From assembly GCA_965200315.1 (NCBI GenBank), contig OZ241362.1, positions 4,416,001-4,480,000 of the forward strand: 64,000 bases of DNA, written 5' to 3'. Every line of letters starts with the position of its first letter. Positions within the stretch are counted from its first letter, which is position 1. This DNA is from Candidatus Latescibacterota bacterium. GTDB lineage: Bacteria > Latescibacterota > UBA2968 > UBA8231. Below, piece after piece: positions 18,300 through 26,886 of this stretch. Position numbers and translations under genes: made by a program. Below the pieces are notes generated by a model. It worked only from the letters and a program-made list of their open reading frames with translations, was not told where the DNA came from and made no database searches.

Positions 18300-20588
18300 A
18301 TGAACCGACTATGGCTTTGTTTGCTGACGCTGGTTTTGCCAGCGAGTTTTGTCCATTCTCAAGAGGTTTTTGAAATAAACACCAAGGCGCAGTGGGAGAC
18401 GTGGACCTACCCGATCGGGGCTGTTGACTTGCGAGAGGATGGATCGATCCGGCCGGTCAAATTCGAGCAGCCCTTCAACGCCGCCCCGAGTTCCCCTCTG
18501 TTCACGCATGAGCTAAAGAAGGTCAAAGAGCAGCGCGGCGGGGTGTGGAAGGCCGGGTCCAACGCGGCTGATGCCCACCTGATCATCGACGACGACACCG
18601 CGACCTATTGGAAGCCCAATCAAGACGACCCGCTCGACACTTGGTGGATCGAAATCGATTTGGGCCGCATGGTGGCCGTCAAGGAAGTTCGCCTGCACTT
18701 CCCCGACGAGGAAGGTGCCCGCCCGCTGCGGGCACTCCGGGTCTTTGGATCCGACGGCAAATTTCAATCCATTACCGATGACGTCTTTCTCTTCAACCTC
18801 ATCGGCGGCACGACCAAGCGCAACGAAGAGACCCTCTTGTCGTATCCAGTGGCCTTTGGCGAAGCAACCAAACGGGTGTTGAGCTTTGGCCAACCTGCCG
18901 AGGGCGCCTCCACAACCTTCGCGCCCACCCAATACATCCGCATCATAGCCGACGTCAAGAGTGAGGACGCGGCCCTTGCCGAGGTCGAAGTCATCTCGTT
19001 TGGACAGAACATCGCCCAAGGGACCGTGGCGCGGGGAGGCATAATCGACGATCAGGGCAAGGAGCGTGCGCCGGCCATGATCGACGGCAATGTCAATACC
19101 TTCTGGGAGGAACTCAACTGGAGTGAGACCGGCCAGTTCATCGCCCAGTGGCGCTGGGATTTGGGTGCTGTCTTTTGGGTCAACCGCGTCATCTTCGTAG
19201 CGTTTCAGGAGACCACCACTTGGGGTCGGCCGCGCATCTTGCGCCACCGGCTGCTGGGGTCGGCCGGCGAGCTCAAGCCCTCCGGCGATATCGATTTCGA
19301 CGTACTTTTCGACTTCCCTGCGCCAGGTGATTGGAACAATCCCGAACCAATCACCTATCTCATGCACCCGTACCGGCCCCTGCGCTATCTCGAAATGATC
19401 TTCGGCGGCAGCAGCAGCGGCGCGATGGCCGAAGCCGTCGTCGTACCCACCGGCTATGTCGCTGAAGTGGAATTGCGCTCGGACTTCCTCAAGGTAGACG
19501 ACAGCCCCAAGGTTTTCCGCACCCTCGAATGGGACGCCGACTTACCCCCGGGAACGCAAATTTTGGCGCAGACGCGCTCGGGTAGCGGTCTCGAAGAGGG
19601 CAATACGTATTACCACCGCAAGGGCCACGAAGTGACCGAGGACGAATACAACGCCTTGAAGAAACGGTGGAAAGGCGACATCGTGCCCTACATTCGGCCG
19701 ACCCAAGATTGGAGCGGCTGGAGCAACACCTACCTGTTCTCCGGTCAAGAGTTTCTCTCGCCCAGCCCGAGGCGCTACGTGCAGTTCAGGGTGTTACTCA
19801 AATCGGATAGCCCAGATGTGGCCCCCACCCTAAAAGGGCTGTGGCTCAACTACACGGATTCGTTCCTCAACGGGGCGCTCGGCCAAGTCACCCCCAACGA
19901 GGCCCAAGTGGGCCAGCCGGAAAACTTTACGTACGTGTTGCAGCCGGACTTCAAATCGGGCGACAAGGGCTTTAACCTCCTGCGGCTAAACACGCCATCG
20001 CAAGCGGCCGTCGAGAGCGTGGTCATCCGCGTTGCCGGTACCGAAGTCGCGCCGGTCTCCCTAGTGCTGTTGCCCGACTCGCTGGTAGTGGAACTGCCGC
20101 AAGTCGTCCGGCGGCAAGAGGTCGAAATTGATCTACAGGTCAACGTATTCTCCAATCCCTACCTCTTTTCTGCCTTTGTCGGCCACACCGACGAGATGGA
20201 GTTCTGGCAGCAGGTTGATCCGGCTGGGCGGGCGGCCACCACGGTATTTCTGCCCGAAGTGCCGGCGTCCGAGAGCCTGCTCGACAAAGTCGCTATTTCG
20301 CCCAAGGTCCTCACGCCCAACGGCGACGGAATCGGCGACCACGCCGAGATTCGCTTTGCGGTATTAAAGACAGACGCCCCGATAGCAGTCGATATCTATG
20401 CGCTCGACGGTCGGCAGGTAGGCTCGTTGGCGGGCGGCCGCAAAAGCGATGGCTTCCTCGTCTATGAGTGGAATGGCGAAGACGACGCAGGCCAGCGCGT
20501 ACCCCCGGGGATTTACGTGTGCCGCATCCAAATCAATGCCCAAGCCGAAGTCCAAAACTTGGCGCAGATCATCAACGTAGCTTACTAG
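18300..20588 (+). CDS. Secreted protein with two discoidin-like segments and C-terminal FlgD Ig-like domain (paralogue 3)
   Basis: MNRLWLCLL signal after AAGGAG; WIEIDLGRMV, WDLGAVFWV; WSGWS; SPSPRRYVQF; LTPNGDGIGD...WNGEDDAGQRVPPGIY; ends NVAY. Confidence 0.85.
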   Translation: MNRLWLCLLTLVLPASFVHSQEVFEINTKAQWETWTYPIGAVDLREDGSIRPVKFEQPFNAAPSSPLFTHELKKVKEQRGGVWKAGSNAADAHLIIDDDTATYWKPNQDDPLDTWWIEIDLGRMVAVKEVRLHFPDEEGARPLRALRVFGSDGKFQSITDDVFLFNLIGGTTKRNEETLLSYPVAFGEATKRVLSFGQPAEGASTTFAPTQYIRIIADVKSEDAALAEVEVISFGQNIAQGTVARGGIIDDQGKERAPAMIDGNVNTFWEELNWSETGQFIAQWRWDLGAVFWVNRVIFVAFQETTTWGRPRILRHRLLGSAGELKPSGDIDFDVLFDFPAPGDWNNPEPITYLMHPYRPLRYLEMIFGGSSSGAMAEAVVVPTGYVAEVELRSDFLKVDDSPKVFRTLEWDADLPPGTQILAQTRSGSGLEEGNTYYHRKGHEVTEDEYNALKKRWKGDIVPYIRPTQDWSGWSNTYLFSGQEFLSPSPRRYVQFRVLLKSDSPDVAPTLKGLWLNYTDSFLNGALGQVTPNEAQVGQPENFTYVLQPDFKSGDKGFNLLRLNTPSQAAVESVVIRVAGTEVAPVSLVLLPDSLVVELPQVVRRQEVEIDLQVNVFSNPYLFSAFVGHTDEMEFWQQVDPAGRAATTVFLPEVPASESLLDKVAISPKVLTPNGDGIGDHAEIRFAVLKTDAPIAVDIYALDGRQVGSLAGGRKSDGFLVYEWNGEDDAGQRVPPGIYVCRIQINAQAEVQNLAQIINVAY

Positions 20589-20646
20589 CTAAATTGCAGC
20601 TAGCTCCTAGCCCATTCGGCAAAGCCTCTTGAGGGAGGGGTATTTT

Positions 20647-23280
20647 ATGTATTTGTCTCGCATCCGACCGGCATTGTGTGCAGCACTCGCGTTGCTGGCG
20701 CTAGACTGGAGCATCGCTCTAGCTCAGTTGACTACAGGCTATCGGCCCATAGCCGAGCCAGGGATCTACGGGGTGCGTATCCATCCCGGTGCGCTAGCGC
20801 CCAACCGCCGCAAGTTCTACCTTCCGCAAAATCTCTTCTACGAATACGGCTGGCGGGGCTGGGAGTACAGCAACTACGCCCGCGACGAGTACGAGCGCTA
20901 CGTGGACATACAACTAGAGGGAAACCGCCACTACGACGCCTTCGGCAACTACATCGCCCGCGGCTGGACGATTTACGACTGGACCGAGAACAACCCTCTG
21001 CGCCAAGGCAGCGGCATCTTCAAAAGCCCGCGCTACAGTAGTTGGTTCGACCGCGTGGTGATCTCGTCTGCCCACAAGGGCCAGTTTCACACCGCGCTAA
21101 CAGTCGGCGACGCCATTCGCACCACCCTGACCCCACTGACCTTCTCCAAGCCGACCTTTAACGGCATCCAGTGGGACTTCCTCTCCGACAAGTACGCATT
21201 CACGTTCCTCGGCTCGCGCATCAGCTCACCGGCCAACCCGGCCGGAACCCAGTCTGAGGCCGCTGCCCTCGTGGAAAACTCCACCCGCCTACTCGGCGGC
21301 CGGGGCGTGGCCCAAGTGGGCGACTTCGCCAAGGTTGGGGCGACGTGGGTCAGCGCCCACAACGCGCGGAGCACCCTCGACATGGGGGACAATTCGCTCA
21401 AGGGCGTCTTGACCACGCCGCAGAACACGGGCAGCGTCGAGACCGTGACGATCCTCATCTCAGACGATTCGCCTGAGTCGAGCGACAACGGTGCGCTACT
21501 GTTTTTCGACCGAGTGCTGATCGACGGCGAGATTCACCCGGAAATCACCCCCATTGTTCGCGGCGGAATCCGCACCGGTGGCAGCTTAGAGGCGAGGGGT
21601 GTGGACAACATCGAACTGATCTACGACATCCGCAACAGCTTCCGGCCCACCGAAAAGGTGCCGACCTATCAGGAGGCGAGCAAAATCGAGTTTGAGTTGA
21701 TTCTGGCCAACGACTACCGAGTGGCCGTCACGTCCAACGTGCAAACCGACCGCTTGGGCGACCCCGTCTTTTTGCCCGTGGCCCAAGCCGAAGGCGAAAT
21801 ATCCGACGGGTCGAACCAACAGTTTTTGCGCTTTGAGTACGGGTTGCCCACTGGCAGCGATGTAATCGGGGTTGACTTTGAGATTCTGAGCCGCGGCGGC
21901 CTAGACCTGCGCGCCGAGTTCGTGCGCAACCGACGCTTCCGGCGCTTCCCCAACCAAAACCTAGAGCAACATACCCTCGCCGAAGACAAGGGAGAGGCCG
22001 GTTATATCACCGCGTCTTATACCTCCTATCCGTGGTTTGCCTACGGCGAGATGTTCACCATGGACCCCGATTACAGCACGACCGCGTTCATGGCCAACTC
22101 GCTGGGCGGCATCGATTACAGCAGCGAAATTTTTCACCTCTTCGAGTTCGTCGATGACAACGACGACCAAGACCGCTTTGCCGACTGGCAGCGGGCTGGT
22201 CAATTCGGCACCGGAGTAGGTGCTTCAGGCGGCTCGGTGGGTTCCGACTTAGAGGTGTTCCCCGGGCTAGACGAGAACAACGACTTCGTCTCCGACTTCA
22301 ATCAAAACCGCAACTCGCGGCCCGACTACGACGAGCCTTTCTTGCGCTATGAAGTCGATCCTCCGGCCTTCCTCTTCGGCATGGACATGAACAACAACAC
22401 CCTGATCGACCGCTTTGAAGACGACCGTCAGCCCGACTATCCCTATGACCGCGATCACCGTGGCTACAACGCCTACGGCGGTCTGATGTTCAGCGAGGAC
22501 GCACAACTAACCCTTGGCCGATTGAGCGAGCGCCAGCTAAGCTCAGCGCGCAAGAGCAAGGCCAACTACGGCTTGTTCACCGTGCGCTGGAACTTCCCGG
22601 GCCTGCGAATCGCGCTCTTTGAGCACGCGAAACTCGTGTCGGACAACATCCCGGAAGACCGCCTGCGCTGGATAGACCCAACGGGCCGGACGGACTTTAC
22701 CGATCCACTCGACAACCAAAACACTTTCGTCAACAGCATCTACTTGCAGGCAAACTACAACCGCATCCGCAACTTCAGGGCGACTGCCAAGGTCAAACAC
22801 GAGATTTTCAACCAGCGCGATGAGCAGGCCGACAAGCGCGACCGCTCGTTTTTCGGGCTGATTACCAAGGCCGACTACACCATTCCCATTGGCGCGGACC
22901 TGACTGTCTGGCCCAAGTGGAAGAGTACCTTCAGGCGCGAGACTCCCACCGATCCGTCACTGGCCAATATCCGCGAGCTAGAGGAAACCCTGTTCTTGAT
23001 TTCGCGCTATGCGATTCTCGAACAGACTTGGATCGCGCTCGGTCTAGAGTTCAGTTGGTTTGAGAACTTGCACGACCGGCCGGCCGAGCTACAAGTCGGT
23101 TATGTCGAGGATTTTACCAGCCGCGTCTATTCGATTCTGTTCTCCAATACGTCGGCCTATTTGGGCTACCAGCTAACCTTAAATGCGGGCCTTCAGCTAG
23201 AGGAGCAAAACTTCGAGGCCGAGCAGCGCAACACCTCGCTCGGATTCATTCGCGTTTTCGCCAGCACTGGGCAAGAGTAA
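20647..23280 (+). CDS. Large exported protein, probable outer-membrane beta-barrel with acidic Ca-binding-like loops
   Basis: Signal peptide (SIALA); DDNDDQDRFAD, LDENNDFVSD, MDMNNNTLIDRFE; C-terminal third has alternating amphipathic beta-strands. Confidence 0.6.
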   Translation: MYLSRIRPALCAALALLALDWSIALAQLTTGYRPIAEPGIYGVRIHPGALAPNRRKFYLPQNLFYEYGWRGWEYSNYARDEYERYVDIQLEGNRHYDAFGNYIARGWTIYDWTENNPLRQGSGIFKSPRYSSWFDRVVISSAHKGQFHTALTVGDAIRTTLTPLTFSKPTFNGIQWDFLSDKYAFTFLGSRISSPANPAGTQSEAAALVENSTRLLGGRGVAQVGDFAKVGATWVSAHNARSTLDMGDNSLKGVLTTPQNTGSVETVTILISDDSPESSDNGALLFFDRVLIDGEIHPEITPIVRGGIRTGGSLEARGVDNIELIYDIRNSFRPTEKVPTYQEASKIEFELILANDYRVAVTSNVQTDRLGDPVFLPVAQAEGEISDGSNQQFLRFEYGLPTGSDVIGVDFEILSRGGLDLRAEFVRNRRFRRFPNQNLEQHTLAEDKGEAGYITASYTSYPWFAYGEMFTMDPDYSTTAFMANSLGGIDYSSEIFHLFEFVDDNDDQDRFADWQRAGQFGTGVGASGGSVGSDLEVFPGLDENNDFVSDFNQNRNSRPDYDEPFLRYEVDPPAFLFGMDMNNNTLIDRFEDDRQPDYPYDRDHRGYNAYGGLMFSEDAQLTLGRLSERQLSSARKSKANYGLFTVRWNFPGLRIALFEHAKLVSDNIPEDRLRWIDPTGRTDFTDPLDNQNTFVNSIYLQANYNRIRNFRATAKVKHEIFNQRDEQADKRDRSFFGLITKADYTIPIGADLTVWPKWKSTFRRETPTDPSLANIRELEETLFLISRYAILEQTWIALGLEFSWFENLHDRPAELQVGYVEDFTSRVYSILFSNTSAYLGYQLTLNAGLQLEEQNFEAEQRNTSLGFIRVFASTGQE

Positions 23281-23392
23281 GCGGAAACGGCGAAAAATTG
23301 AACTTGCTAAGCACTCTTAAAAGACGTAAAATTAAAAATTCTTAGAGGATGAATCGTCGATAGCCTCATCACTACTCTCACGGAGGAAATGT

Positions 23393-24319
23393 ATGAAAAA
23401 ATCCTTTTTCTTTATTTTCGTTTGCGCCGCAGCGTTTGCCTTAGTCAGCCCGGCTAACGCGCACGTCGGTGCTGAGTATTTCATCCCGGGCGTACCCAAT
23501 CCCAGTGCCATGACCATCGACGGTCTCGAAGACGATTGGGGCTGGCTGGACGAGGAATTCATCCTCACGACCGAGGGCATGTTCACTGCCGGGGGCGAGA
23601 CCATCGCAAAAGAAGACTACGACGTCAGCATTCTGATGGCGTGGAGCACGCCGCCAGACAACCGCTTCTACTTCTTCATCCGCGTTCAAGACGATACACT
23701 GCGTCTGCTCGAAGAAGACCAGAAGCGCTGGTGGAACGACGACTGCATCCAGATTACCTTCGACCCGGATCACTCGGGTGGCGACTTCTTGGGCGAAAAC
23801 GTCGATCAGGTCCTCAACGCCCAGCGCTATCACCTGCGCATCAAGCCGCTGCCGGGACAGCCCGTGGCGTACAACAGCCTGCTCGAATACATCGACCTAC
23901 CGCCGATTGGCTGGAGTTCCGATATGTTTGAGGGACAGGCCACTGGCGACATTTTCGAGATCGCTTGGACCGTCAATCCGCCGGATGCCGAGCATTTTTC
24001 GACCAACGTCTCGTACACCTTTGAGTTCCGCAACGCCTTTTGGGACATCCACGGTGTAACCCAAGACGAGGCGGTTCGGCACATATTCGAAAATGATCAA
24101 GTGACCCATATCGGCGTACGTCCGCTTGATGGCGATGGCGGCGAGACCGGTGCCAAGCACCAGCTCTATCCGCTGGGCGGCTCCACGGGCCAAGACCAGA
24201 AGGGCGACCAGATGCTCGACTACATCCTGTTGGAGGCCGACGAAGTCGAGGAAGAGACGGCCGTCGAAGCCACAAGTTGGGGTCGAGTCAAGAGCCATTT
24301 GAACAGCCAGCTCGACTAA
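23393..24319 (+). CDS. Secreted acidic CBM9/DOMON-like protein with C-terminal TAVEATSWGRVK motif
   Basis: Signal peptide (ANA-H); MTIDGLEDDW, NRFYFFIRVQDD, DDCIQITFDPDHSGG resemble CBM9-like sandwiches. Confidence 0.65.
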   Translation: MKKSFFFIFVCAAAFALVSPANAHVGAEYFIPGVPNPSAMTIDGLEDDWGWLDEEFILTTEGMFTAGGETIAKEDYDVSILMAWSTPPDNRFYFFIRVQDDTLRLLEEDQKRWWNDDCIQITFDPDHSGGDFLGENVDQVLNAQRYHLRIKPLPGQPVAYNSLLEYIDLPPIGWSSDMFEGQATGDIFEIAWTVNPPDAEHFSTNVSYTFEFRNAFWDIHGVTQDEAVRHIFENDQVTHIGVRPLDGDGGETGAKHQLYPLGGSTGQDQKGDQMLDYILLEADEVEEETAVEATSWGRVKSHLNSQLD

Positions 24320-24352
24320 GCACGGCTGAATTGTATCAGCGGTCTAGCAAAG

Positions 24353-24387
24353 CGAGGAGGGGCAGCCGCCCCTCCTCGTCTTGTATT
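24353..24387 (+). terminator. Stem-loop (terminator or mRNA stabiliser)
   Basis: Perfect 11-bp stem cgaggaggggc-agcc-gcccctcctcg followed by weak U-tract tcttgtatt. Confidence 0.65.
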
Positions 24388-24458
24388 AGGCGCGGGTATC
24401 TCTCTCCGTTGAAGGCGGGGAGCGGATTGAAACAACAAAGAAGCGAGGATAGCCAGCC

Positions 24459-25214
24459 ATGAAGACATTGGGCAGCTTGCTCCTATTGCTAATCGCGCTC
24501 GCCGGATGTGGCTTGAAGTTTGGGTATCGGCATTTTACCGGTCCGGTGGTGCCCACGGAAATCGCGGATGACAACTACTTGGTCGGCGACGATCACAGCA
24601 TCACTTTCGTCAAAGATCGTCTAGAGGTAGCGATGTTGCCCATGTCGACCGAGGCCCTGAACCGGCAATTCTCCGGCGTCTCAGCGGCCCCAGCGGGTTT
24701 TACCCTGCCCAATCCCTACGCCGTGGCGACCAATCCCTACACCTATGGCGATTGGACGCCGCCCGGTGAAGAGCAAGCACCGACGCGGTTTACCGTTTTT
24801 TTAGTCAAGGTCAAAAACTACGCCTATCCCAAAGTTCGCCTAAATCCGGCCAACATCGAATTGATCGCCCCCAACGGGCGTCGCTATGAGGCGCTCACTC
24901 TCCTCGCCCTGACCGAGTACTACTGGCCCTATGCCCAAGCCTATGGCGGCAATGCGCGCAAGGGCTTTAAGGCGCGGCGCGATCTCTTGCAGCGCACTCT
25001 GTTTGCCGACGACATGATCTTCAGCGGCCAAGAGCAAGAAGGGTACTTGGTCTTTCCCCCGCTCGACCGCGACGTCGAAGAATTTACGCTGTGGGTCCGC
25101 GAGATGGTGCTGAGATTCGACTTCCGCGACGCTCCTGTGGAGACCGTCGATATCCCCTACGACTTCCAGCGCGAAGTGTACTACGCCCGCACCCCACGTG
25201 AAAACAAGAGCTAA
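24459..25214 (+). CDS. Hypothetical lipoprotein
   Basis: Lipobox LAGC; 251-aa ORF with GAGG RBS, operonic with the PPIase gene. Confidence 0.8.
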   Translation: MKTLGSLLLLLIALAGCGLKFGYRHFTGPVVPTEIADDNYLVGDDHSITFVKDRLEVAMLPMSTEALNRQFSGVSAAPAGFTLPNPYAVATNPYTYGDWTPPGEEQAPTRFTVFLVKVKNYAYPKVRLNPANIELIAPNGRRYEALTLLALTEYYWPYAQAYGGNARKGFKARRDLLQRTLFADDMIFSGQEQEGYLVFPPLDRDVEEFTLWVREMVLRFDFRDAPVETVDIPYDFQREVYYARTPRENKS

Positions 25215-25215
25215 A

Positions 25216-26886
25216 ATGGCGGCGCGTACGATCGGTTGTTTGTCTCTGGTCATTATCGCTGCCTGTAGTTCCCCCCAAAGCGACAAAAGCGTCGTAGCCC
25301 GCGTCGGCGAAGTCGCTATTACCTTTGAAGATTTACAGCGCTTCAAAAGCGACATGCCCCCCCTCCTGCTCTCCACGCGGGAGGGCGTCGCTGCATTCAA
25401 AGAATATCTTCAAGCGATGATCGCCATGGAGCTCATGTTGCTAGAGGCGCAAAAGCGGCAAATCGCTAGCGACCCAGATTTTATAGAACAATGGGAACAG
25501 GCGCGCAGAGAAAAGCTCTTCCAAGAATTCGTCAAGCTAGAAATCCAAGACAAAATTGACCTGCCGCAAGAGGAAATAAAGCGGCAGTGGAGTGAGAGCA
25601 AGTGGAATCGGCTACTAAAACTCGCTCGCATCCGCTCGAGTACCGCCGACGAGGCCGCCCAAGTCCTGAGTGCCCTAGAGAGTGGGACCCCGTTTGAGGA
25701 ACTGTCCGGCCAACCCCTGATCCACCACCAGCAAGGGAGTCTGCAAGGGGCGTTGAACTCCTATGTTGGACGAAACAATATCGAAGAGTTCGGGGTCTCT
25801 TTCGATGTGGCGGAGGTACTCTTCGAGCTCGCTAAAGGCGAAATTAGCGAGCCGCTGAAGGTCGAAGCCGGCTACGACATCTATAAGGTGTTGGACGAAC
25901 GTCCCGCGCCAGCCAGCTATTACTTGGTCTTTTCCCAAGGGACACTAATGGCCGCCTTCGGCGAACGTCGGCGAGTGCTCATTGCCGAGCTGATGCGGGA
26001 ATACAATGTCGAACTAGATCCCCGTAGTATCTCCGAGTTAGCCACCCTCGTCGCCCAAGACAATGTGGAGGCTATCGACACGGAGGGCATTGTGGGCCGC
26101 TACAACGGTGGTCAGATAACGCTAGCTGATTTCCTAGCGCTCTACCCGAAAGTGCGTCGGGTCGCCTCAGTGGGCACTGACAGTAGCGGTATCGATGAAT
26201 TCGTTCGGCTCTATCTGGTGCCCGAGATGCTCTTCCCCGTGGCAATCGAACGCCGCGGCTTGGCGCAGGAGCCAGCGATAGCCGACTGGCTGCGGAGCAA
26301 AAAACGGGCGATGCTCATCGAAGAGCTGCGCCGCCGCGACGTGGAAGAGCACGTCGATCTGAGCGAAGATGTGCTTCGACGCTACTACGAGGCCAATCTG
26401 CATCGTTTCATGGAAGATCGAGAAGTGACCGTGCAGGAGATCCTAGTTGCCACCCAAGAAGAGGCCGAGGCGCTAGCGGTACGCATTCGAGCGGGTGAAG
26501 ACATGGCGACGTTAGCTACAAGGCACAGCATCCGCCAAGGCAACGACAAGGGCCGCTTCCACATCCACTCCTTTGAGCGGGTGGTTTTCGGCGAACTGTT
26601 GACAGAGGCCCTAGCCGCAGAGGTTGGTGTGCTCACTGGTCCGGTGGCCATCACTGGGACTCCACACCGCCAAGGTGGTTTCTCGCTGTTTGAGGTGCTG
26701 GAAAAGAGCCCCGAAAAGCCTAAGCCATACGACGGGGTGGTCAAACAAGTCCGCTACTGGTGGACCAAGAGGGAGGAAAATCGCCTCTATAACGAACTGA
26801 TTGACCGCCTGCAAAAAAAGCATGCCGCACAAATCTCCATCTACGAGGATCGCTTGGCGACCATGTATGACACGGCTCAGCTATAG
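25216..26886 (+). CDS. Parvulin/PpiC-type peptidyl-prolyl isomerase lipoprotein (SurA/PrsA-like, two rotamase-like domains)
   Basis: Lipobox IAAC; VVARVGEVAIT; LFELAKGEISEPLKVEAGYDIYKV; VQEILVATQEEAEALAVRIRAGEDMATLA. Confidence 0.85.
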   Translation: MAARTIGCLSLVIIAACSSPQSDKSVVARVGEVAITFEDLQRFKSDMPPLLLSTREGVAAFKEYLQAMIAMELMLLEAQKRQIASDPDFIEQWEQARREKLFQEFVKLEIQDKIDLPQEEIKRQWSESKWNRLLKLARIRSSTADEAAQVLSALESGTPFEELSGQPLIHHQQGSLQGALNSYVGRNNIEEFGVSFDVAEVLFELAKGEISEPLKVEAGYDIYKVLDERPAPASYYLVFSQGTLMAAFGERRRVLIAELMREYNVELDPRSISELATLVAQDNVEAIDTEGIVGRYNGGQITLADFLALYPKVRRVASVGTDSSGIDEFVRLYLVPEMLFPVAIERRGLAQEPAIADWLRSKKRAMLIEELRRRDVEEHVDLSEDVLRRYYEANLHRFMEDREVTVQEILVATQEEAEALAVRIRAGEDMATLATRHSIRQGNDKGRFHIHSFERVVFGELLTEALAAEVGVLTGPVAITGTPHRQGGFSLFEVLEKSPEKPKPYDGVVKQVRYWWTKREENRLYNELIDRLQKKHAAQISIYEDRLATMYDTAQL

